DNA from: Eledone cirrhosa
Lineage: Eukaryota
Length of the DNA stretch: 64,000 nt
Direction of reading: 5' to 3'
Assembly: GCA_964016885.1 (NCBI GenBank)
Contig: OZ024751.1
Location: 41,292,001 to 41,356,000, forward strand
Under the pieces are notes generated by a model, which worked only from the letters and a program-made list of their open reading frames with translations, did no database searches and was not told where the DNA came from. Position 1 is the stretch's first letter, and each line of letters opens with the position of its first letter. This document shows positions 26,803-38,478 of the stretch, piece by piece. The translations under genes were made by a program, and so were the position numbers.

Positions 26803-26933
26803 CTTCCTCATCAGATTTAGTAATATTTAATATTTTAGCTCTGTAAAAACATCCATCACTATATGGTGCCAGGCATTTCATTCCAACAATGGGTTTGTTG
26901 ATCCGTCGACAATTACCCGACGATATGTGATCA
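26803..26933 (-). CDS. Extended-Tudor protein, coding exon 4
   Basis: tgtag|...|gtaagt, phase 2->1; KPIVGMKCLAPYSDGCFYRAKILNI (Tudor core). Confidence 0.92.
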
Positions 26934-27112
26934 CTACATACATGTATAAAAAAAAAACATTTATTAAAAAATAGATGTTTAGGAAATATAGCTACAAAAC
27001 TTTATAATATTAATAATCATATTAATACAACATGTTGATCTATCTCTATTCTGGCTACCATACAATATCATCTTGTGTTTATACTACCTTAAACTATCTC
27101 TAGCTACCATAT

Positions 27113-27230
27113 ACGAAGGTCAGCTGAAAAGTTTATAGGCTGACTATGAAGGAGTGATGATAGTGCCGTGAAATCTTGCATGCATTAATTTTAACTCTTC
27201 TTATTAATAATTGCATTGTCTCTTTCCAGA
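27113..27230. mobile_element. Mariner-like DNA transposon terminal fragment
   Basis: TACGAAGGTCAGCTGAAAAGTT...; related pieces at ~29848-29893 and ~38753-38945. Confidence 0.55.
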
Positions 27231-27516
27231 CACACACACATACATATGTATAAATAGCTTGCAAAATATGAGAACAGAATCTATTAATGTAAATTAATTC
27301 CTATTTGATAAGATATCCAATCGAAACTCACCACTTAGACATGATAAAGAATATATACATACATGTGTGTGTATGTGTGTGCATGTGTACATATGTGTAT
27401 CCTATTGGTTTAGGAAAGGATTAACAAGAAAGTTAGTTTGGGGATTTGAAGAGATTAAACTAGTGTCTATATGATATTTAGATTTTTTTTTTAAATAATG
27501 ACAATATATAACAAAC

Positions 27517-27946
27517 CTTATATCATTTGCCAACTGCTTCAGGTTGCTTTCACAAATATCTGTTAGTTGTACCCAGAAACAATAAGGTGAAGCTACATGG
27601 CTAACTGATATTTTCACTGTAGAAGAAAGTGTCAGGATTTCCAACTCTGGTCCCAATCCATAATTGTTTCCTTTCACTGAATTTTCATAACCGAATGAAA
27701 GGGCTTCATTTTTAACCAGGTCGGTCAAGTTAATAGAACTAAATAGACAATTTGAGCGATCAAGGTCCAGTTTTTGTAGTGAGTCAACAACTTCAACCTG
27801 AGGATCAGACTCATGTGCAACTTCATTAACAGATTCAGAAAATGTCCGTGGAACTGAATTAAGAGAGGCATCACATTCAGAAAAACTTGCATGGTCTTCG
27901 ATTTTGTTATCTGTACTTTCCTCATCTTTTGTTTTGGAAGATTCAA
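27517..27946 (-). CDS. Extended-Tudor protein, coding exon 3
   Basis: ttccag|...|gtttgt, phase 1->2; acidic linker then VKISVSHVASPYCFWVQL...LKQLANDI (eTudor N-terminal strands). Confidence 0.9.
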
Positions 27947-28485
27947 CTGGAAAGAAGAAAAATTTCATCAGTAAGTTATCATGCTTGGCAGCCATTTTGA
28001 GACAACACTTTCCTGTTTCCTCTTATAAAAGAGGCATCATTTTTTGATTATCATTTACAACCCACATCTTCAAACCTTTTGATACCAAACAACCTAAAGC
28101 CACCACTGGTGCTACAATAACAAACATTGTATTAAAATGGTCATCTAATGTATGTATGTGTATATATATAAATGTATGTATGTGTATATCCATGCAAGCG
28201 TGGAAGATGGACGTTAAACGATGATGATGATGATGATGATGATATATATAATAGGAAAAGAGTCAGGACCCCGACGGCCATCGGTGTCCTGATTCTTTTC
28301 CTATTACCCACTCAACTACCCTAAGTATTGAGTACTCTGGTGTGCTACGGTCCACCTGGTATCTTACCACACCCTCTCTGTTATATATATATATATATAG
28401 TAATAATAATAAATTTGAAGACTAAAATCTAAAGAGGGCTCGATAAGGATAAATATATATCAAATATATAAGAACCATAGAGCAA

Positions 28486-28723
28486 ATATTTATTAAAATA
28501 ACAGATTAAAGTTTAAGCAAAGAATCGCTGCTTTCACCCTTAACGGGATCTTCTGAAACTAACAAAGTCAATCTGTAAACGCAGAAGTGGATATTTCAAA
28601 AAACGTTTTTTGAAATATCCACTTCTGCGTTTACAGATTGACTTTGTTAGTTTCAGAAGATCCCGTTAAGGGTGAAAGCAGCGATTCTTTGCTTAAACTT
28701 TAATCTGTTATTTTAATAAATAT
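28486..28723. repeat. Perfect 238-bp palindrome (119-bp arms, no spacer)
   Basis: Centre ...TTCAAAAAAC|GTTTTTTGAA... at 28604/28605; arms appear identical by eye; flanked by (TA)n. Confidence 0.93.
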
Positions 28724-28738
28724 ATATATATATATATA

Positions 28739-28949
28739 AATTAGAAATAGAAGCTTTTGCTGTATTCTTTTTTTTTTTTTACAAAAGAAATTTTAGCCTG
28801 ATAATGGGGTTTAAAACCCTCTAAGAAATGGAAAAGGTATGTCAATACTCATCTTTTTCCATTTCTTAGAAGCTTCTAAACCCACTATCAGGCTAAAATT
28901 TCTTTAGTTAAAAAAAAAAAAAAATATGGTGAAACCTTCTATTTCTAAT
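28739..28949. repeat. Imperfect ~210-bp inverted repeat (foldback)
   Basis: AATTAGAAATAGAAG...AAAGAAATTTTAGCCTGATA...CTAAGAAATGGAAAA mirrored by TTTTCCATTTCTTAG...TATCAGGCTAAAATTTCTTT...CTTCTATTTCTAATT. Confidence 0.85.
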
Positions 28950-29642
28950 TTCAAACTCGTTCGCTGTTTTTTATTACTTGACATATAATATATATATATA
29001 TATTATTTCACATTGCTCCAGTTTACTCAGCTGTAGAAATGATATGATAGGACTGGGGTCCCTATCATTTCACTGCAAAATGGTCGTGGAGGTGCCACGG
29101 CAAAAAAGCACCCAGCCCACACTGTAAAGTGGACGTGTAGGCGCCACGGAAAAAAAAGCACCCAGCACTCACTGTAAATGAGGTTGGTGTTAGGAAGGGC
29201 ATCGAGCTGTAGAAATCAAGCCAGAATCAGTTCCCGTCCCACCCTTGCAAGCAGGGAAAAGCGGACGTAAGATGATGATGATGATGATATGTATACCCAT
29301 GCCAGCATGGAAAAATGGACGTTAAATGGTAATGATGATATATGTATATATATATATATATAGTATAAATAAAGTTTCATACACTTAACATCTTAAGTGT
29401 ATGAAAGTTTATTTATAGTAAATAACTTCTCTTTCAATTAAGCATTGTTTTCCTTGGCCTTTTATCTATGAATATCCTGCACACATCTTGCATTGTTTAG
29501 CCTTATACCACTTTCCCCATTATATATTATATCATATACAATGCTTCAATCAAACTACATTTATTAGCAGCCTTAATATTTTAATAAACAAAGAGAAAAT
29601 CTGGCAAGGAAAATAAAATATAGAGTTAGTGAGATACCTTAC

Positions 29643-29754
29643 CTGAATATTTCAAAAGTTTGATAACAGCAATAAGACAATTGTAACATCCATCTAGATT
29701 ACTTAAAACTTCTTTATAAATACTTGAAGAAGGAGTTGAATTGTCAGTAAGATT
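29643..29754 (-). CDS. Extended-Tudor protein, coding exon 2
   Basis: ttaaag|...|gtaagg, phase 0->1; NLTDNSTPSSSIYKEVLSNLDGCYNCLIAVIKLLKYS; phases join exons 1 and 3. Confidence 0.8.
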
Positions 29755-30033
29755 CTTTAAAGAGGAAAATAAAACAAATAAAACAATAAGGAAATAAAAT
29801 AAAAAAACATTATAAATTATGTAAAGTGTTAAAGATTTTTTTCATAAACGAAGGTCAGCTGAGAGGTTCACAGGCTGACTAAGATACTCTCATATATATA
29901 TATATATTTTGAGTATATATGATTTCAGTTCCTCAGTGAAATAACAACCCAACCAGGAACTGGGCATATCAGAGTATTGACAAAGTTATACACCTCAACA
30001 ACATGTGTACTTGTCTCTACCACACTAATTCGG

Positions 30034-30074
30034 ACTGCCACAAAGATGGCTGTCACCGAAATATATATAGCAGT
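30034..30074 (+). ncRNA. Decayed minimal hammerhead motif
   Basis: ACUGC-[CACAAAGA in place of CUGANGA]-UGG..CC-GAAA-U(auau)A-UA-GCAGU then AATAAA; stems I and III are intact, the core is mutated. Confidence 0.5.
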
Positions 30075-30139
30075 AATAAACGAAGCCAAATTTTAAACAT
30101 TTGACTTATTTATTTTATTTTATTTTATATATATATATA

Positions 30140-31108
30140 ACTGCGCAGAGGGCTCTATAGAAATAGTGGACAGCTTCCGTTACCTGGGTGACAAAATCAG
30201 CAGTGGGGGAGGGTGCTCTGAAAGTACAGTAGCTAGAGTCAGAACTGGATGGAAAAAGTTCAGAGAGCTTATACCACTATTAGCCGCTAAAGGGTTCTCC
30301 CTAAAAATGAAAGGCAGGTTGTATGATGCCTGCATACGAACAGCAATGTTGCATGGCAGTGAGACCTGGGCATTGTGTGCAGAGGATATACGCAGACTAG
30401 AGAGGAACGAAGCTTGCATGCTCCGCTGGATGTGTAATAGTAATATACGTGAACGGCAAAGCATAAACGAACTAAGGAAAAAATTAGAAATAAGAGGGAT
30501 CAGATGTTGTTTACTCGAGAGAAGGCTACGTTGGTATGGACACGTGATGCGCATGAAAGTCGATAGCTGTATAACAAAGTGCAGGGCAATAAAGATAGAC
30601 GGTAGCCACGGAATAGGCAGACCTAGAAAAACCTGGGACGAGCTGATAAACTCCGACCTCACACTTACACCTATCCAAGACAATGTCACTGGACCGAGAC
30701 CTTTGGTGGTACTCAGTAATAGAGAAGACCCGCCTTACCTAAATACATAGTAAAACCTACTACAGCCAGTAGGCATCTCTAACAAAATACACCCCCCCCC
30801 CCCCTCCCATCCACACCACCCCCTTCTATGTAAAGTTATGTTGGTGCCACACCATCCAGGCCGAAACAAATGAGATCGTGTAGGTGTCACGACAAAAAAA
30901 CACACAGTCCACGCTGTAATGTGGCCGTGTAGGCAACACGGTAAAAACCTCCCAGACCCACACTGTAAATGTGGTTGGTGTTAGGAAGGGCATCCAACTG
31001 TAGAAAAACCTGCCAGACAGTCCTATGCGAGCAAGACAATCACTCTTGCCTCAAGTGGGAATACCCCCGTCCAAACCCATGCAAGCGTGGAACACGGACG
31101 TTAAACGT

Positions 31109-31141
<33 letters not shown>
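30140..31141 (+). mobile_element. RTE-clade LINE, 5'-truncated (ORF2 C-terminus plus 3' UTR)
   Basis: DSFRYLGD...GWKKFREL...LHGSETW...RRLERNE...RRLRWYGHVMR...GRPRKTW; 3' UTR with GTTGGTGTTAGGAAGGGCATCC and a (GAT)n tail. Confidence 0.92.
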
Positions 31142-31142
<1 letters not shown>

Positions 31143-31173
31143 ATATATATATATTATATATATATATATATAT

Positions 31174-31205
<32 letters not shown>

Positions 31206-31723
31206 ATCTATTATATATATATATCATCATCATCATCATCTTAATTTAACGTCCATTTTCCAAGCTAGCATGGGTTAGACTATATATATATATTTGATTA
31301 CCTGTACAGGCAATATTTATTAGAATGTTGTTGAAGTGTGTATACATTTTTTGGAGACACCCTGTATATCATCATCACCGTTTTACGTCCGTTCTTCCAC
31401 GCTAGCATGGGTTAGACGGGTTGTCCTGTTGTGGGCAGTGGCTGGTCGGCTGACCATGCCTTGCTCATATGGGAACTGATTCTGGCTTGATTTCTACAGC
31501 TGGATGCCCTTCCTATCATCAACCTCATTTACAGTGAGTGCTGGGTGCTTTTTTTTTCCGTGGCCCCTACATGTCTACTTTACAGTGTGGGCTGGATGCT
31601 TTTTTGCCGTGGCACCTCCACAACCGCCTTTGTGTGGGGGGGGGGGGGGGGGGGGGGGGGGGGCAATTGTCTATATGCTTCAGCTTCGGCTTGTACCCGT
31701 GTCGGGTTGGGTCTTCTGTATTA

Positions 31724-31766
<43 letters not shown>

Positions 31767-31986
31767 GTATAAAAATAAAGGAACAAAGAGTCAGTGTTGC
31801 ATCATAACATATTTAATAACATATTTAATAACATATTACATACTCTGCTCCGTGTGAGCATCGAGTACTCACCTGGCATACTGCCTACGGATGCAATTTG
31901 AAGGCGGCCGACCGAACAAGAGACTGCTAAATGTGTGGCCGCCTTCTCGTCTCTCTGCCTTTTCAGCCTCCTTTGTTAAATTTTGA

Positions 31987-32044
31987 ATACCTGATGATGT
32001 CACCAGATTCATACTGAACCCGGTTATTGAAATGTTCATAGTAT
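31987..32044 (+). ncRNA. Minimal Type I hammerhead motif, intact core with weakened stem II
   Basis: AUAC-CUGAUGA-[ACC..UUCA(uac)UGAA..GGU]-GAAA-U(guuc)A-UA^GUAU then AATAAA. Confidence 0.65.
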
Positions 32045-32450
32045 AATAAACCTTTAAGGAATTACACCAGTCCAGCCTCCTGTTATTTTATATATATATA
32101 TATAGTCCACGCTGTAATGTGGCCGTGTAGGCAACACGGTAAAAACCTCACTGCCCCACACTGTAAATGTGGTTGGTGTTAGGAAGGGCATCCAGCTGTA
32201 GAAAACCCGCCAGACAGTCCTATGCGAGCAAGACAATCACTCTTGCCTCAAGTGGGAAAACCCCCGTCCAAACCCATGCAAGCGTGGAACACGGATGTTA
32301 AACGTTGATGATGATGATGATGATGATATATATACACATACATATGTGTGTGTGTGTATATATATATATTATAGTTTGGGTGAATCAAGCAGCTAATAAA
32401 ATGACATGCCCCAATTGAGTTTCAATTCAGTTTATTATTTATTGTGCAAA

Positions 32451-32557
32451 TAATCCATTGATTCGTTAGTTTACTAACAGGATGTTTGATGAAATAGGTT
32501 TGACAATTAAAAATTTAAATAACTATCTTGTTAGTAAACTAACCTGTCAATGGATTA
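32451..32557. mobile_element. Short foldback/MITE with ~33-bp imperfect TIRs
   Basis: TAATCCATTGA..GTTAGTTTACTAACAGGAT / ATCTTGTTAGTAAACTAAC..TCAATGGATTA. Confidence 0.6.
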
Positions 32558-34149
32558 GTTACTGGTTCATGGTGTTTATATTGGTAGTATAATAAATGAA
32601 CCCCTGTCTAATGTGAATAGTAATGATTGTACAAATAACAGCAACAACAGACTTTGCAGTAGTCAGCAGTGCTGGGTGGTGAAATGACAGTAAGCGGTAG
32701 AGCATTAGACAACATGTTTTATAGCATATAGTTATATCACTTTCTGTTCTGAGTTCAAATACTGCCGAAGTTAGCTTTACCTTTCATCCTTACGGGTGTC
32801 AATAAAATAAAGCACCAGTAATGTACTGGGGTTGATTTAATCGACTTTTCCTTCCCCAAAAATTGTTGGCTTTGGGCCTAAATCAAAATCCAGTAAGGGT
32901 CGTGGATTGGTAGAGCGTCAGACAACATGCTTTGCAGCATATAGTTATGGCCCATTAAATTCTGAGTTCAAATCCCCTCAAAGTTAGCTTTGCCTTTATC
33001 CTTATTGGGGTCTATAAAATAAACTACCAGTATCGCACTGGGGTCGATTTCAATGACTTTACTCTCCCCCAAAATTGTTGGCCTTGTGTCTAAATCAGAA
33101 AGCATTGGCGGTATCGGTAGAGGTTTGGACGCCATGCTTTCTAGCATAGTTACGTCCCTTTACGGTCTGAGTTTGAATCCCGTCGAGGTTAACTTTGACT
33201 TTCATCCTTACGGGGTCGATAAAAAAAAAGTACCAGTAATGTACTGGGTAATTGCTGGCCTTGTGCCAAACGTAGAAACAATTATTAGGTTGGTACTGGT
33301 GGTTATAATAGTTGAAGTATTTATATGTATGTATGGATCTGTAACTCCTGGTAGAGTTGTAGAGGTGCCATTGTGACATACGGCATTTCTTGGGCAATTT
33401 TAAAACCTGGCAGAGCCCATCTCCTCTCCAGGTCTGAACAAAGCCACTTTCTTCCTGAGAAGGAGAGAGAATGATAGATAGAAAGTGAGAAAGAGATATA
33501 GAGGAAGAACTGACCTCAGCACTTTATTGGTAGGTTTTTTTTATTGACCTCAAAAGGATGAAAGGCAAAGTTAACCTCAAACAGGATTTGAACTCAGACA
33601 GCAGAGAGCTGGAACAAATACCACAAAGCATTCTATCCAATGTTCTAATGACTCAGCCAATTCACCATTAATGAAGACGCAGTAGAGGAAGACCAGGAAA
33701 AACATGGGCAGAGGGAGTGAGAGCAGACCTTAGATCGCTGAAACTCACAGAGGAGATGACGAAGGATTGTGACAAGTGGAGAGATGCTGTGCTGAATAGG
33801 ACCCGTCCCACCCTTGCAAGCAGGGAAAAGCGGACGTAAAATGATAATGATGATGATGATGGTTGTTGAAATGTTGGATAGAATGCTTTGTAGTAGTCTC
33901 TCTCTCATAGACACTCTTCCCTCTTTCAACCCCCCCCCCCCCTCTCGCACAAACACTTTCCTTTCTCAACTCCTTCCATCAAAACTCTTCTCTCTCTTTT
34001 TCTCCCTTCAAATTAACAATTGAACCCCATCAAGTATGTAATTTTTCCTCTATCTTAAGGTTGAATACTTTTCCGATACACCTCGGATATTCTTCCATTG
34101 GTTCTACTGTTTCTAGGTGATTCATTACATTCAACTTATGTACCTCTCA

Positions 34150-34185
<36 letters not shown>

Positions 34186-35910
34186 GGGAGGAGAAAGGCA
34201 ATGACAAAGAGATATATAAAAAGAATCTACCCCAGTACTTTTATTTATCAACCTTCAACTTAGAGAGAGCCAGAAGTAATACCAGAAAATATTCTAACAT
34301 CACCTCCACCAATTCGTCGCCTACTTGAAGTATTTATGTATTTATTAATAATGGTTTCTTATATAAGCACAAGGCCAGCAATTTTGGCGGAGGGGAAAGT
34401 CGATTAAATCGACCCCAGTGCGTGACTGGTACTTTATTTTATCAATCCTGTAAGGATGAAAGGCAAAGTTAACCTCAGCAGGATTTGAACTCAGATCATA
34501 AATGACAGTAACTCTATGCTACAAAGCATGGTCTCAGACCCTCTACCGCCACTGCCAATCCACCACCCTATATATATATTTATTAATAATAGAAGTCTTT
34601 GTATAATTGTAATAACTAGTGCAGTATTAGTGTGGGTAGCAATAAATAGTTCAACAATACTGAATAACTCTTTACATTGTATTGTTATAAAAGCAGGATA
34701 TATATTATCAAGTCTCTACTAAAATCTTCATGCTTCACCAACCACTATTAGTTATAAACAGTAACAGCATTTCTTATAGTGGATTACTGGTTGCTGGGTT
34801 AGGCAGGGCCAGATAAAGTTCTTTCCAAGCCTTAAGCACATAAAAGATCCGCTACCAACGTCACCAAAAGTATCCGCCACCAACGTCAGCAAAGAAAATT
34901 TGTGTGCGCTCTCTACCTCATATATAACGTCAGCAAAGAAAATTTGTGTGTGCTCTCTACCTCATATAGAACATCAGCAAAGAAAATTGTCATATGCTCT
35001 CCTCTCCACCATATGACGTCAGCAAAAAGATTTTGGCAGTCTTCCACCTCATATATGATGTCAGCAAAAAGATTTTGAATAAAATTCATTACATGTAAAA
35101 CAAAATAAATATTTACAATGAATTTATTCCATTTCATTTTTTTCATCAAAGCAGTTTTTTTTTTTGTTGCCACCTGCATTTGTATTTATATAAATACCTA
35201 AAAACAGGTTTGTTAATTCAAATGTTTATAGCATCTTTACTAGCAGACAGATTGCTTTGATAATTTGCAGTATTAGAGTAAAGGCTATAATTTTCAATGT
35301 GTTACAGTCATAGAGCTGGTTGGTTCTTTCTAAGAATGACTTGCTAATACAGTTTCATGTGGTACAGGATGTTAAGAGTTCAACTACCAAATATCAAACT
35401 ATATCATCATCATCATTGTTTAACGTCCATCTTCCACGCTAGCATGGGTTAGACAGTTTTGTTCCATTCGATGCGGGAATGGTTGGTAGACCGTGCCTCG
35501 CTCGCACGGAAGCGTCTCTGGCAGGTTTTTTACATCTAGATCATCATCATCATCATCATTTTACGTCCGCTTTTCCCTGCTTGCAAGGGTGGGACGGGAA
35601 CTGATTCTGGGTTGACTTCTACAGCTGGATGCCCTTCCTAACACCAACCTCATTTACAGTGAGTGCTGGGTGCTTTGTTGCCGAGGCACCTCCACGACCA
35701 CTTTGCAGTGGAATGATAGGGACCCCAGTCCCTATCATCTCATTTCTACAGCTGAGTAAACTGGAGCAATGTGAAATAAAGTGTCTTGCTAAAGGAATCA
35801 ACAAATCACCCGGTCTGAGAATTGAACTCACAACCTTTCGATTGCAAGGCCAATGCTCTAACCACTAAGCCATGTGCCTCCTGGATGCCCTTCCTAACAC
35901 CAATCACATT

Positions 35911-37625
35911 TACAGTGTGGACTGGGAGCCTTTTCACTGTGTCCCCTACATGGCCATCTTACAGTGTGGACTAGGAGCCTTTTCACTGTGTCCCCTATAC
36001 GGCACCTTACAGTGTGGACTGGGAGCCTTTTCACTGTGTCCCCTACACGGCCACTTTTCAGTGTGGACTGGGAGCCTTTTTACTGTGTCCCCTATACGGC
36101 CACCTTACAGTGTGGACTGGGAGCCTTTTTACTGTGTCCCCTACACGGCCACCTTACAGTGTGGACTGGGAGCCTTTTCACTGTGTCTCCTACACGGCCA
36201 CATTACAGTGTGAACTGGGAGCCTTTTCACTGTGTCCCCTACACGGCCATCTTACAGTGTGGACTGGGAGCCTTTTCACTGTGTCTCCTACACGGCCACC
36301 TTACAGTGTGGACTGGGAGCCTTTTCACTGTGTCTCCTACCCGGCCACCTTACAGTGTGGACTGGGAGCCTTTTCACTGTGTCTCCTACACGGCCACCTT
36401 ACAGTGTGGACTGGGAGCCTTTTCACTGTGTCTCCTACACGGCCACCTTACAGTGTGGACTGGGAGCCTTTTCACTGTCTCCTACACAACCACCTTACAG
36501 TGTGGACTGGGAGCCTTTTCACTGTGTCTCCTACACGACCACCTTACAGTGTGGACTGGGAGCCTTTTCACTGTCTCCTACCCGGCCACCTTACAGTGTG
36601 GACTGGGAGCCTTTTTACTGTGTCCCCTACACGGCCACCTTACAGTGTGGACTGGGAGCCTTTTCACTGTCTCCTACCCGGCCACCTTACAGTGTGGACT
36701 GGGAGCCTTTTTACTGTGTCCCCTACACGGCCACCTTACAGTGTGGACTGGGAGCCTTTTTACTGTGTCCCCTATACGGCCACCTTACAGTGTGGACTGG
36801 GAGCCTTTTTACTGTGTCTCCTACCCGGCCACCTTACAGTGTGGACTGGGAGCCTTTTCACTGTCTCCTACCCGGCCACCTTACAGTGTGGACTGGGAGC
36901 CTTTTTACTGTGTCCCCTACACGGCCACCTTACAGTGTGGACTGGGAGCCTTTTTACTGTGTCCCCTATACGGCCACCTTACAGTGTGGACTGGGAGCCT
37001 TTTTACTGTGTCCCCTACACGGCCACCTTACAGTGTGGACTGGGAGCCTTTTTACTGTGTCCCCTATACGGCCACCTTACAGTGTGGACTGGGAGCCTTT
37101 TCACTGTGTCTCCTACCCGGCCACCTTACAGTGTGGACTGGGAGCCTTTTCACTGTCTCCTACCCGGCCACCTTACAGTGTGGACTGGGAGCCTTTTTAC
37201 TGTGTCCCCTACACGGCCACCTTACAGTGTGGACTGGGAGCCTTTTTACTGTGTCCCCTATACGGCCACCTTACAGTGTGGACTGGGAGCCTTTTTACTG
37301 TGTCCCCTACATGGCCACCTTACAGTGTGGACTGGGAGCCTTTTCACTGTGTCTCCTACATGGCCACCTTACAGTGTGGACTGGGAGCCTTACTGTGTCT
37401 CCTACACGGCCACCTTACAGTGTGGACTGGGAGCCTTTTTACTGTGTCCCCTACACGGCCACCTTACAGTGTGGATTGGGAGCCTTTTCACTGTGTCCCC
37501 TACACGGCCACCTTACAGTGTGGACTGGGAGCCTTTTCACTGTGTCCCCTACCCGGCCACCTTCCAGTGTGGACTGGGAGCCTTTACACTGTGTCCCCTA
37601 CACGGCCATCTTACAGTGTGGACTG
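35911..37625. repeat. 49/47-bp minisatellite (~35 copies) expanded inside an RTE-type 3' UTR
   Basis: Unit TACAGTGTGGACTGGGAGCCTTTTTACTGTGTCCCCTACACGGCCACCT, starting immediately after GGATGCCCTTCCTAACACCAA. Confidence 0.95.
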
Positions 37626-37801
37626 TTGTGTCATCGACACAAGGATGGAATGGGAGAGGGAGGATGGGGGTCACTATATATTTGTATAATGAAAGGAACT
37701 GCTGAAAACATGTGTGTGTATCTGTTTATGTGCATATGCATGCAGGCATGTTGTGCATGTGCCTGCATGCATGTAGTGTCTTGTGTGTATGAAAGCGTAA
37801 A

Positions 37802-38327
37802 TCTAAACTATAATAAAGTAAGGAGTGCGGGACAGAATATATTTTTTTTATCCCGTTTGTAAAATAAGTTGGATTACTTTGAATAAATAATGAATGAATA
37901 TTGCATAATTTATCTACTAAATTTCGTTATTCTTGATTAAATATAAATAATTTTGTTGCTTATTTTAAGATTCACTTCTTTAAAATTTTCAAATGTCAAC
38001 ATTTCCGGTTAGCGATCGCTTAAATAAACATTCATATATTTTCTCCTAATGCAGTTTATATATAATATCGTCTTTTTTTAATGTATCATGGATTACGTTA
38101 CTGATTACATAAGACAGTGTAACGCAGTCTTCGTTCAATTTCTGTGTATATTGTCAATTACGATTTTATTTGATGTATCATATCTACATGTATATATACC
38201 TGCGTATAATATCAATATGCACACTACACATGTATCATATCTACATGTATATATACCTGCGTATAATATCAATATGCACACTACACATGCTAGCAGAAAA
38301 CTGCCTGAAGAGTGTTTTTTCTGCTAG
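37802..38327 (+). mobile_element. Helitron-like non-autonomous insert with a 57-bp internal tandem duplication
   Basis: A|TC start, CTAG|T end, terminal hairpin CTAGCAGAAAA...TTTTCTGCTAG. Confidence 0.45.
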
Positions 38328-38478
38328 TTTCTATAACGAAAGTAACTGCTGAAAACATATGTGTGTGTATGTGTTTGTGTGCATATGCATGCAGGCATGT
38401 CGTGTGTGTGTGTATGTGCATGTGGCTGCATGCATGTCGTGTCGTGTGTGTATGAAAGCGTGAACATAAGTAATTTAC

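Noticed and set aside
29910-29940. Minus-strand CUGAGGA-ACU-GAAA
   Set aside because: No stem II and no stem I pairing; probably chance.
33330-33455. Possible minus-strand cassette exon (EESGFVQTWRGDGLCQ)
   Set aside because: Acceptor-like site but a weak donor, no recognisable homology, and not required for frame continuity.
35805-35880. tRNA gene candidates (also at other SINE heads)
   Set aside because: They run directly into SINE bodies and lack a proper acceptor stem; these are SINE heads.
35964-37862. Long ORFs of 632, 563 and 485 aa in all three plus frames
   Set aside because: They result from a stop-free 49/47-bp minisatellite unit cycling through frames.
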